A DNA stretch of 64,000 nt from Cenococcum geophilum (taxonomy: Eukaryota). The DNA is taken from assembly GCA_050273025.1 (NCBI GenBank), contig CP158635.1, positions 28,830,001-28,894,000 of the forward strand, read 5' to 3'. Below the pieces are notes generated by a model. That model searched no databases. It was not told the DNA's origin and was given only the letters and a program-made list of their open reading frames with translations. Shown piece by piece: positions 35,924-49,250 of the stretch. A program made the position numbers and the translations under genes. The first letter of the stretch is position 1; the number at the start of each line of letters is the position of its first letter.

Positions 35924-38900
35924 TGTCACGGGACACCCCCATAACACCTTATATACGTCCACCTGTTTCCACCAACTTAGCAATTAAAGACCAACCGCGA
36001 AATAGCAATCTAACGGCAATCTAATGGCAATCTAACGGCAATCTACGGCATTCTGCTATATTCTGCCATATTCTGCCAAGTTCTACCAAATTCTACTAAG
36101 TTCTGCTAGGACTACAACCTAAACCCTATTCTGCCTATATACGTATTAACTAAGCAACTAAGTCAACAATATATACCCTTTCTTCCCGTTTTCCTACCTT
36201 CTTTCCTTATATAACGTCTTAACCTCCTCACACAGTTTATATATATAGCTTAATAATATCTACCTTGCTATATATTATCGTCGCTTATACTTACTCTATA
36301 ATACTACGTTGCGTTAACCACCTACACTACTATTAACATGCAGAACAAACCTAAAGCCCCTATAACGGCCGCTAGTATTATATCCGCACTCTAAGAATAA
36401 TTAGTAGGGATATAGAAGTCTTTTATAGACGCCCTTAAATAGAACTAAGCCACTTTAAATTAATAATAAGCTAAATAAGAAGCACGATACTAGCAATTAA
36501 TTAAGGACCTCTAAGAAGAAGTCCGCGCCCTTAAGATGCCCACGCTAGGACCTTAAGACTAAACGCTATCTCTGGAGATGAATACGCGGAATATAAGCCC
36601 TAAACCTATAATAGCTACTTACCCTAAGCCGACCACTATACTAAAACGATCTAAATAACTACTAGACCCCCTAGTATTTATTAATAAACGATAAGAGCTC
36701 TAATTATTTTTAAGCTAGCTTAAAAATAAGCTAACTGGTAATACTAACCGTTACTTAACTAAAGCCAACCAACTCTGTTACGCCTTAAGTTGACTAGGAG
36801 GAGATATAGCTAACCTTATTAAACCGCTTTAGCCGAACTCAGTGTAAAGCCTAGTTGTACTTCTTAAAGCTATATATAGTAACCTAAACTGCTAAGCTAC
36901 TGCTTAAAGAAAGATAAACTATATAACTTAAGGAACGAAAAGTTTCCTAGTATACTTCTCTAAATTTAACTGTTACGTAAAGGAAATAGGCTAGAACGAC
37001 TCCGCACTAATTAATAGCCTTATTAAATCCCTAAGCCCTGAACTAAAAACCTCCCTAATAGGCGTAGACTTACTAGGAGCCCTTAATGCCTGCGTAAACG
37101 TTATTAATAAACAATATAATAATATACTACGCCTAATACCAAAGCCCGCTCTATAATATAATACGGCAACCCCGTAAATATCTACTAAGTTATTGTCTTA
37201 GCCTAAGTACCCTAACGCTATGGATATTGACACTGGGACCCTAGGGTACGCCCTACTAGGGTCCTCTAAATAAGAACGACGTATTAAGCTAGGCCTCTAC
37301 TTTAAATATAGAAGTAGCTCTCACCTCTCTAACCACTGCTCCGTCCCTATACCTAAATATAAATTATAAACGGCCAACACCAGCAGCCGTTTACTGCATC
37401 GATCTTCTGGTTACCGTCCCTAATCTCTACCTGGTTCCAGCCCTATATCTAGTAAGTACTATTTACAAGAACAAAGCTACAGCTAACGTCCTATAAAAAC
37501 CTTACCCCAATCACCTCTAAAAGGAAGGTCTTGGAGTTAAGTTGCTCTCTAGGACGGCTTTACTATAGGATCTCATTAAACGTATTTAACGTTACGAACT
37601 CCGACTCTTAGGACTGTAGCATAACTATTAACTGCCGTCTTTGGCAGAATAGTTAATAGGCCAACGCTTAAATCCTAATTAATACAGGAGCTAGCGGCAT
37701 AGGATTTATTAATAAGATCTTTATATAAAATAATGGTTTTACCCTAACCCCCCTTGACCGGCATATTGATGTATTTAGATTTAATGGTAAATATACAATT
37801 TTAGGCCGTATTACCTACGTAGTATTCCTAAGACTCCGATACCTAAACCATAAGGAATTAATTAAACTTTTTATTACCACCCTAGGTTACTTGGTAATCC
37901 TTAGACAACCCTAAATAAAGCTATATAAGGTGACTATTAATTAGAACAACCTTAAGCTTCTATTTAGCGCCTCCTGTTGCAAGTAGAAGTGCCTTATAAC
38001 TCGCTACTTAGACCTAGAACTGAAATCTAAAAAATCCACTATAATCTACTAGTCTAAAATTTCTACGACTGTCTACCCTATACCTAAGGAATTTACCAGA
38101 TTCCACCAACCTAGGAATTCTACTAAATTCTACCAACGTAAGAATTCCACCAATATCCACTAAGGATCCAAAAACTCCACTAAATCCTATAAGTTATTAC
38201 TAAGCACTATACCGCCCCGAGCCAAGTAAAAGCTTAAGCTCTATATACAAAAATACTAGAAGGACTAGTATTCCACTATAAAAAGGATTCTTAAAGAACC
38301 TAAACCTAAATCTAATACTAACTCCGTACCTAATACTGAACCTAAACCTAAATAAGAAACTATAGACAATCTAAGTAAGCTCGGCACCCTAGACATCCGC
38401 ATAATTAGAGCTACCCTACTAGCGCAACTTGCTAAGAAACCCGAGTATACGATCTTCGCTGTTATAATAGCCGATATTAAGAAAGCCTTAGCACTAAAGA
38501 AGCATACTAACCTTACTATGAAGGTACTAACAGAGTATTATTATCGCCTAGATGCATTCTTATAAAAGAAAGCCGATAAGCTATTAAAACACCGACTATA
38601 CGACTATAAGATTATACTCGAAGAAGGAACTTAGCCCGGATTTAAACCCTTATACAGGATGTCCTAAAATGAACTTTAAGTGCTATAAAAGTATTTAGAT
38701 AAGAACCTAAGTAAAGGATTTATTAGAGTAAGCTCGTTGTCTATAGCCGCACTAGTGATTTTCGTTAAGAAACCCAGCGGCGGTCTGCGCTTCTGTATAG
38801 ACTACTAAGCTTTTAACGCCGTTACCGTTAAGAACTAATATCTAATCCCATTAATATAAGAGATGCTAAACTGACTAAGTAAGGCTTGTTACTATACAAA

Positions 38901-41900
38901 GCTCGATATTATCTCTACATTTAACCGTCTCCGCATTGTAAAAGGGGACGAATGGTTTACTGCATTTTGTACCCAATATGGACTATTTAAGTACTTAGTA
39001 ATACCCTTTAGCCTTATAAACGCTTTAAGCTCGTTTTAATATTATATAAATAATACCCTATGCCCCTACCTAGACATCTTCTATACTGCTTATATTAACG
39101 ACATCCTAATATATAGTAATAACCTAACTAAATATTAGAAGCATATTAACCTTATTCTATAAGCCCTATATAGAGCTAGTCTATAATTGGATATAGATAA
39201 ATGCGAGTTCTATAAAACGGAAGTCTTATACCTTAGACTCCTTATTTCTATAAACGGTATATAAATGGACCTAAAAAAAGTTAAGGTAATTATAAACTAG
39301 TAAGAACCTAAGAACGTTAAGGACGTAAGAGCCTTTATAGGATTTACTAATTTCTACTAACGGTTTATTAATAACTTCTCCGCCCTAGTTTTACCCCTTA
39401 TAGCTCTAACCTAAAAGGATAAAGTTTTTGTCTTTAATAAGGAATATAAAAAGGCCTTTGCCTATCTAAAGGTTATATTTACTACTGCGCCCGTGCTTTA
39501 ATACTTTAACCTAAACTAAATAAGTGTTATAGAAGCCGACTTATCTAACTACGTTACTAGAGGCATCCTGTCTTAATATAATAAGGATGGAGTATTGTAC
39601 CCTATAGCATACTTTTTAAAATAACTAAGCCTAGCCGAATGCAACTACAAGATCTACAATAAGGAATTGTTAGCTATTATTAGATATTTTAAACAATAGC
39701 GACCCGAACTAAAAGGCGCTGGATTTCTAATTAAGGTCCTTAGCGACTATAAGAACCTATAATACTTCACAACCACAAAACAGCTAAGTTATTGTTAGGC
39801 CCGCTAGTTAGAATATCTGTCTTGTTTCTAATTCTTAATTATATACCGCCTAGGCGTCTAAGGCTAAAAGCCTAATGCCCTAACCTAACGCTCGCAAGAC
39901 GCGCCAGCCCTAAAAGAAGCGCGCTTTTACCGAAATTAGACCCTGCTTCGCCCTAAACTATTTAACCTTCCTATTAAAGATCTTATGGTACACGTCCTTG
40001 AAATAACTAATTAATTGATTAAATAGATTATAGTTAATAAATACCTAAATGATAAGTTTATTTAAGAGATGCTTAAGCTAATATAAGATGGTATTAGACG
40101 CTCTAAAAAGATTTCTTTAAGTAAATACGAAGCCTGCGGAAACCACTTATATTACTAGAACCGTCTAGTTGTTCCTAATTATAATAAACTTAAGCTTAAA
40201 CTCCTTAAACACGTATACGATCTACCTATTGCTAGCCACCTAGACTAAGGAAAGACCCTGGAACTACTCTAACGGGAGTATTATTAGCCGAATATGTATA
40301 ATATAATATGAAGGTACGTCTCTAGCTACCACACCTGCTGATAAGCTAAAGCCTCATATAAGACGTATAATGGTCTTTTAAAGCCGCTGCCTGTTCCGGA
40401 CCGAAGATAGAAGGATATCTTAATTAACTTTATTATTAACCTTCCTAAGAGTAGAGGCTGCATAAATATTATAGTAGTTATAGACCAACTATCTAAAATA
40501 AGACACTTAATCGCCTACCCTAATATATTAATGCCTACCATTGCCTAACTATTCCTAGATTATATATAGAAACTCTATAGACTCCCCAAAATAATTATCT
40601 CCAATAGAGGTAGCTAGTTTATTTTAGCATTCTGGAAAGAACTAACTACTTAACTCCGTATTAAAGCACTGTTGTCTACTATATATTACCTAGAAACGGA
40701 TGGCTAAACAGAACACGTAAATACTATAATGGAACAGTATATTCGGATATACACGTTATATTTATAGGATGACTAGATTAACTAACTCGCATTCGCCGAA
40801 TTTATTGCAAATAACTCCATCTCGGAAACCACGAAAGTCTCCCCGTTCCTAGCCAATTACGGCTAGTACCTATAAATGGGTTTTAAACCCTTTAGTAATA
40901 CTCCTCACCCCGCTTATTACGCCTTATAAGTCATAAAAGTAAATAAATTCGTAGAGAAGATAGAGGAACTATAACAGTTCCTTACTAATAAGATAATATA
41001 GGCTCAATCTGTCTATAAAGCCGTAGCAAATAAGAAATAAACCCCAGCACCGGCCTACTAAATTAGTAATTTTGTTTAGCTAGATACAAGAAATCTGAAT
41101 ATAAAATAACCTACTAAGAAACTTAATTGGAAGAACGCTGGCCCTTATAAGGTTGAAAAGGTTATCTCCCCTTACGCCTACCAACTGAAGCTCCCTAATA
41201 CGGTTAAAATCCACCCCGTATTCTATACGTTAGTCCTCCGCCCTACTACCCCCGCATTAGACGCCCTACCTAAATAAATATAAGACCCTCCCCTACCAGT
41301 CGAAGTGGATGGTGAGAACAAGTACTTTATTAAAAGAATTAATGATATTAAGTATAACAAACGGAAACGCTAATATATATATCTTATAAAATGGAGAGGC
41401 TTTACTAAGTCCTTATAGGAACCCGTTGACTCTATAGGACTTATATAAGCCGTAGAAGACTTTTATAAACTCTACCCAGAACTACTACAGCCCTATCTCG
41501 CAGAAGCTCGAGTTTAAAGGGGGGGTACTGTTACGGGACACCCCCGTAATACCTTGCACACATCTACCTATTTCTACCGACTTAGTAATTAGAGACTAAC
41601 CGTGAAATGGCAATCTAATAGCAATCTAATGGCAATCTAACGGCAATCTATAGCATTCTGCTATATTCTACCATATTCTGCTAAGTTCTACTAAATTCTG
41701 CTAAGTTCTACTAGGACTATAACCTAAACCCTATTCTGCCTATATATATATTGACCAAGCAACCAAGTTAACAATATATGCCCTTTCTTCCCGTTTTCCT
41801 ACCTTCTTTCCTTACGCAACGTCTTGACCTTCTTATATAGTTTATATACATAGCTTAATAATATCTACCTTGCTATATATTATCGTCGCTTATACTTACT

Positions 41901-41908
41901 CTATAATA
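35924..41908 (+). mobile_element. Complete Ty3/Gypsy chromovirus G3 with 380-bp LTRs (35924-36303, 41529-41908), inserted in the G4 5' LTR
   Basis: TSD TTTAG, PPT AAGGGGGGG. Gag ATG 36338, CCHC ~37298, [40 protein letters not shown], chromodomain YLVKWRGF..WEP. Confidence 0.96.
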
Positions 41909-44900
41909 TTTAGGCACAGTCTAGAATAAAACCAGTAGAGCTATATAACGAGGAATAGTAACTAAGGTTACGTAATATAATCTATATAATCTATAGGATC
42001 TATATAATCCGTAACAGAGTAAATAGAGTATATATATATTACGTATAAGAAGGATTTTATAGGAGTATAGTTGTGTATTTAAGGACCCTTAGTCCCTACC
42101 TAGATAGTTCCTTCCTTATAGTAATTCTTAGAATATAATTAGAGTTAATCTATTAGGTAACCACTCCACTAGTTATTATTTACGTTATTAACTACTGTTT
42201 TTGTATTTCCTATATACCTAGCCTATTAACGAGCCTATCGTAGTTCCTGCTATAAGGTTCCGTTACACAATTACTACCTAGTTATGGTATTAATATAGAA
42301 GTCGAATAACATGCCACCAAAAGCAGCCACTATAACGCCATTGACGGCGGCAACTACATTAGGATTAGGTAACGACACCAGTATAGTAGATACTAATTTA
42401 TAGCAACTTATAATGGTTGGACAACTATAAGAGATAGTTAACCAGCTAATAGAAAATAATATAATGTTAGAAAATAGGATTAACGGGATAGGCGCAGCAA
42501 AGGTTAAGTTACTATCGATTGAAAGATTCTTAGGAGAGAGGTTAAAGCTTAAAGGATTCCTTATGTAAATACACTTTAAGGTTACGTAAGAGGGAGCTAA
42601 GCTGGCAATACCTATGGATTAAATAGCGTACGCAGGATTGTTCTTAATAGGAAGGGCACTTAAATAGTTTAAGCCTTACCTTATAGAAATCCAGGCAAAT
42701 AGAATAACAACTACGAACCAAGAGGTACGGTTTATATTCTTAAGCTAGAATGGATTTATAGAAAGACTTACGTAAATATTCGGAGACCTAGAGGCAGTAA
42801 CTACGGTAGAAAAAAAACTCTAAGATATTACGCAACGAACCTTAGTAATTAAGTATATAACGCAGTTTTAAACATTAGTAATATAAGTTAAGTCGAATAA
42901 TAAGGCGCTTATGGTACAGTATAAGTAGGGACTTAAGGCTAAAGTCTAGGATATAATTATTCTGATAAAAGATACGGACACCCTAAGGGAACTAATAGAT
43001 TAAGCGATAAAGATTAATAATAGGATTTACTAAAGGGAATAGACTAAAAGAGGTTAGGATAGAGTTTTATAGTTATATAAAACGCAGAGTACGCAATAAC
43101 TAAAGCTAAGTTAGAAACTATGGTATGGCGTAGAGCTAATGGACCTAAGCGGTACTAAAGAAGCCTATAGAAGATAGAGTGAGAAACTATAGAAACCTAA
43201 AGGTTAAGGATTTAGTAATTATAGGACTAAGGAGCAGAGGCTAAACCAGGGATCTTAGTAGCAGAAGATGTTTAGGCGGACTCTATAGCAAAGTTAATAG
43301 TTTAGAGATAGAGCTTATATAAATTGTGGGAAATAAGGTCACTTTGTAAGGGATTGTAAAGATAGTTAGAGTTACTATATAATAAAGGGAACTAGACTAG
43401 CGGCAGAAGACATACACGTATAAAGAAACGATAGTGTACTGCGAGGAATAAAGGAATATTTAATCAGAAGTTTTGCGTTTTATTATAATAACGCATACTA
43501 AATTTATAAAGACGCTAAGTATGGCGTAAGCTATTGGCTATAGGAGCTAAAATTTACAGAGTGTAGAGGAACTAATAAACTAGTTCGCAGATCGGACATT
43601 AAGGACAATAAATTTAATATAGGCGAAACATTCTATAACAATAAGGTGATAGAGGCGGCTTACTAGGAGCACGTAAACCTTAGAGATATTATACTAAAAG
43701 CAGAGGATAATTCCACTATAGAATAGGTAATATTAGTAGGGATTAAGACCCCGCTAAATATAATGTCTATTACTTTACAAGACGTAAAAGAAGAAGGATA
43801 GTGAACTACTTTAGCACTTAATAAAGGTAAAAGGCTAAAGGACTAAGATTTTTAAGATAAGATAAGGTAAGCTTAAGGACCTATAATAGACAAAAACCAA
43901 TAGAGTAGAGCAATAGCTTAGTTTAAAGACATACGAATAAGCTTAGGATGAAGTTTCCTATAGGTATAAGACTTTTAAGACGAGATAAGTAAGATTTAAA
44001 ACTTTTAAGACAAGATAAGAACACTAAGTAAATATAGTTAAACTAAGGTAGGAGCTAGGCTTAAGTTAGAAGTAAGCTTAGAATTAAAGAATCTAAGGAG
44101 TTAAAAATTCGGAGAATAAATTAAGATACCTATAAGTAAGAAGTAAGGAGCTTCTTTATAGATCGGAGAATCTATAATATAAATAGTAACTAGACTAGAA
44201 GACAGATATATAAACCTAGAAGACTTACTAGTAGAATATAGTATTCGGACTAAAAATTAAAAAGTTAATACTAGGATTAAGAAGTAAGAGAACTTTAAAA
44301 ATTAGAGCGTAAGATGTAAACTGAAAGAAACTATAGAAGAGTTTAGATAAAGAATTATTGTATAGTAAGAATAGAAACTAGACAAGAGATTTAGCATATT
44401 AGGACGTATAAGGGATAGAGTACTAATATAAAGAATTACTAATAGGCTTAGGGTAGGTATACTAAGAGCTAAGTAGCTTACTAAACTGGAAAATAAAGAG
44501 GATTTAGGGATCCCTACTAGGTTTGAGGAACGATATATAAAGGGCTGTTATAATGTAGTAATAAGAAGATACTTCCTTATGGATAAGCCGTATATACTCT
44601 AGCAGCTGTACTAAAAGTAGTATAGGCAGAGGCACAATAATAAGTGGGAAGATTTCTATATATAATTGGATGAAAAAGTTATCTAAGACTACCCGATTAC
44701 GGAAAAAGCCATAAATTATATTAAAGGAGCCTTAATTATAACGTTAAAGGATCTAAAGGAATAATTAAAGGACTAGAGAAGCGAGAGATGTATTTTAGTA
44801 CCCGTGAATAAAGTTATAATGTTTAGATTAGCACGATAAAGGTTTAAACTTAAGGATAAAGATAAGCTAAGAGTTAACCTAAAGCACTTAGTATACTATA

Positions 44901-47900
44901 CGCTATTATAGATTGTATATATAGACGATATATATAAGATATATAAAAATCTAAAGGAAAAGAATCGGAAATACCCTATAAGGATATATTGGATAATAGA
45001 TAAGCAGTAATATAGAAATGCTAAGTATATATATAGCTGGCATCTAGCGGAAGTTTAGGAGTTAGGCGACTTAATATTTTAACCAAAAAGATTTCTTACG
45101 GAAGAATGCTTAGATAGATAATAGTGGTGGGAATGCCTAGAGAATACGTATCTATAGCATATTAAAGATAAAAAGTGAACTAGGCATTAGCTAAAGAGCG
45201 AGCTAAGTGTAATAGGATTAAGTAGCTAATAGTTAGGAAAAGTAGAGGCCTATAAAACTAGAGGGAGCTAGTAATAGAGCCTTAGACCCTTAAAGGAATT
45301 TAAAAACAATACCTAAATTTATAAATTAAATAGTAAGATTAATAGTTTAAGGCGCTGATAGATAGTAGAGCAATAAGAAACTATATTTTGCTAGTAGCGG
45401 TTAAAAGGATAGGTTTACTGTATAGACGGAAGAAGCAACCTTACCCGTTAGTTACGATTTTAGGAGATCTAATAATCTATAGAGAAGGGATTATTAATCT
45501 TAAAACAGGACCTATTTAAATAACTATTAAAGGGAGACAGATTAAGATATCTTTTAATATCCTACTATTAGGATAGGATAAGGCAGTATTAGGTATACCT
45601 TAGTTACAGAAATATAATCTAAGAATTAATTGGATTATAGGTTAGGTTAATATTAGAGATACTTAACGCCGTAAAATGCAATAATAAGCTAAGCTAGTAT
45701 AGTACTAAGTAGGAGCAACCTATAAAGAAATGGAAAAAGGACTAAGTTATATACTAAAGAGATACTATAAGTATGGTAAGAAACTATAATCACTAAAAAG
45801 TAAGAAGCTGTTAAAGTATATAGTATAAGATTATAAGATAGAATTAGAACTAGGAATAAGTTTAAGGTTTTTTTTAATCTATAAGCTTACCGAAGAAGAA
45901 GGTAGAGCATTAAAAGAGTTTATCTAGGAAAACTTATAAAAGGGATATATTAGACCATCGCAGTTATTAGCGGGATATTTAGTACTGTTTGTACTAAAGA
46001 AAAATGGTAAGCTAAGGCTATATATCGACTATAGATAGTTAAACAGCATCACTAGAAAGGATAGGTATCTTTTACTTTTAATTAGCGAAATTTAAGACAG
46101 GATAGGTAACGCGTAAATCTTTATAAAGATAGATCTAAGATAGGCGTACTATTAGATTAGAATTAAGGAAGGCAATAAATAAAAGGCAGCCTTTAGGTTA
46201 AAGGAAGGACTATATAAACTATTAGTTATACAATTCGGGCTTATAAACGCACTAGTAACGTTCTAAAAGTATATTAACAATATATTAGGGGAACACTTAG
46301 ATGAATTTATTATGGTATATCTTAACAATATTATCATTTATTTAATAAGTGAGAAAGAACATAGGGAACACGTTAAATAGGTTTTAAAGAAATTATAAGA
46401 AGAATAGATGCCAGTTATAATTAAAAAATGCGAGTTCTTTACTAGGAAGACCAATTTTGTTAGATTTATTATTAAACTAGGCTAACTTAGTATAGATCTA
46501 AAGAAGATCGAAGCTATAGTAAATTGGCAAGAACTAGAAAACGTTATATAGTTAAGATCGTTTTTAGGGTTTTATAATTACTATAGAAGGTTTATAGCGC
46601 AGTAGTTAAAGGACATTAAGCTACTTACGCGATTAATAAAGAAAGAAGAACTATAGGTATAGGGCAAGGAGTAATAAGAATTATTTAAGAAAATTAAAGA
46701 GTTATTTACCTAGAAGCTAGTTCTTAAGATCTATTAACTAGGACTAGAGACGGTTATAGAAATAGATACATTAGACTATATACTAGAAGTATACTTTATA
46801 TAGAAATATTAAGACGGATAGCACCTAGTAGCATACTATAGTTGAAAGATAATACTACTAAAGTTAAACTATAACATCTATAACAAAAAGTTACTAAGTA
46901 TAGTTACAGCATTAAAAAAATAGAGAGCATTTTTGTAAGGTATAGAGAAACTATTTATAGTTAAGATAGATTATAAGAACCTAATAGAATTCCTAATAAT
47001 AAAGGAACTTAACCAAAAATAAGTTAGATGGGTAGAGATGCTTATAGAATACTATTTTAAGATTTAGTATACTAGGGGCGTAGACAACACGTAAGCAGAT
47101 ACTTTAAGTTAAAAGGCTAAACTATAAAATAAAGAAAAGCCATTAGGGGCTTTACTGCGAAAAGATATGGACGGACTAATTAGGTATAATTATCTAAAAA
47201 TTATAGCAACTTAGAAGGAACTAAAGGGAGTTTATAAGTCACTAGGAAGCTTTTAAGTATAAAAAATTCTAGAGGTATAGCTAGAAGATCTATAGATGGA
47301 TATATACGAAAACCAAGAAGTAAAGTACATCCTAAAAAGCATAGCAGAGTAATTTATAGAGAAATTCCATAAGGGATTAACTTAAGGATATAATGGAGCT
47401 ATGGGCTTAGTGTTAAGACTCTAGAAGGAGTATATTATTAATAGAATCTAAAATATCGTAAGAAAAGTAATAAAGGAGTATCTAGATTGCTAAAGAAATA
47501 AACTAATAAGGTATAAGCCGTATAGAGGACTATAACCTATTAAAATACTAGAGAGACTATAGGAGGTTATATTATAGGACTTTATTATTAAGTTACTAAA
47601 GTTAAGAGACCCTATTACTAGACAGGATTATAACGCGATCTTAGTAATAGTAGATAAGCTTATAAAGTAGGGATACTTTATAGCATACACGAAAGAAATC
47701 TTAGTAGAAGATATTGCTAGAATCTATGTTAAAGAAGTGTTTATAAAATATGGAGTACTAAGTAAGATTATATTAAATAGAGATTTAAGATTTATAGTAG
47801 TATTCTAGGAGGTATTCTTAGCAAAATAAAGAGTTAGAGTAATAACTTTTACCGTATATTATCCGCAGACAAATAGCTAAATAAAAAGATTAAATTAGAC

Positions 47901-48577
47901 ACTAGAGTAGTATCTAAGGCACTATATTAATTACGTATAGAATAATTAGGTATCGCTATTACTAGTTACACAGTTTATATATAATATAACACCTTAAGAA
48001 GGAATAGGCATATTACCATTTAAGGCAAATTATAGATACGAGCTAAGAATATTATTATTACTATAGTAAGTAAAGAAAATAAGTAGCACAGCTAAAGAAA
48101 GAATAAAGACGTTAATAAATCTTTATATAGACCTTATAAAATTAGTAAAGAAAGTATAAGAAAGAATAAAAAAGTACTATAATACTAAAAGATCTAAGGG
48201 ACCAGATCTTAAGGAGGGAGATAAAGTATAGCTACTATATAAAAATTTTAAGAGTTAATAACTAAGTAAGAAGTTAGACTATGTTAAACTAGGACCTTTT
48301 AAAATAGTATAGAGAATTTTACCGGTTATATTTAAGTTAAACCTACTAGCTAGAATAAAGATCTACCCTATATAGTATATTGCAATACTAGAGCTAGTAT
48401 ACGGAAATATTAAGCTACTAGTTTATAAAGCAGATACGTATAGAGGATAAAAAGAAGACAAATAGTAAGTTTTAAAGATTGTTAGCTATAAGGATATTAA
48501 CGATAAAATATAGTATAAGGTTAAGTGGATAGGCTATAATAAGACTATCTAGAAGCTACTAAAGAATTTAAAGAACG

Positions 48578-49250
48578 CTATAAGAAAGGTATAGAAGTAT
48601 TAGAAGAAATTAGGTTAGGTAATATTAATAAAAAAGGATTGCTAAAAAATAAGTTACCTAAAGGGGACCTAAGAAGAGTAGTTGCCGAACTACTTAAATC
48701 TATTTCCTTCTCTATTAGAAGAGAATCCGTTCTTTTATTACTAAGTTCTTATAAACCCTATTTTATAAATTTCTACTCCTTAGAATAAACCTTCTTATAA
48801 ACCTTCTTAAGACGGATTAACTAAGTAAACGCCGTAGGATAAGACTTAAGGGCCCGTTACTAAGCTTTAGTAGCCTTTTATTTAGTATTATAGAAATGGC
48901 GTAACTCTACTAGAGTAATAGACAGTTTATTATCTAGCTATGTAGTAGTAGATTAAATATAAGACCTTAAAATAAATTAATTAGGGAACTAGACGACTAT
49001 TAAGAGTAATAGGTTGCGTATATTTAGCATTAAAGATAGAGCAAACGTTATAGAACGAATAAATATTCGCTTTAGTGCACTTTAAGTAAAAGGATAGTTG
49101 TTACGAAGATAGGTTTGCTAACGTAATATAAACTAACCCCTTTTTTAAATAACGAGAATATGAAGACGGTATAATCTCACTAAGAGATAATATTGCAGCT
49201 ATAGTGCAAGTGCGACGAGCAGTTGAAGAAGAAGAAATTACTTTAGGTAT
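48578..49250 (-). pseudogene. Antisense accessory ORF of G4 between pol and the 3' LTR: Zn2Cys6-like cluster plus predicted coiled coil; putative intron 49021-48934
   Basis: De-RIP MPKVISSSSTARR...MPSSCSRCSKKGLVCIALANPSSRQPSSCSECTKANIRSSCDV. Start codon, donor site and stop are inferred. Confidence 0.65.
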
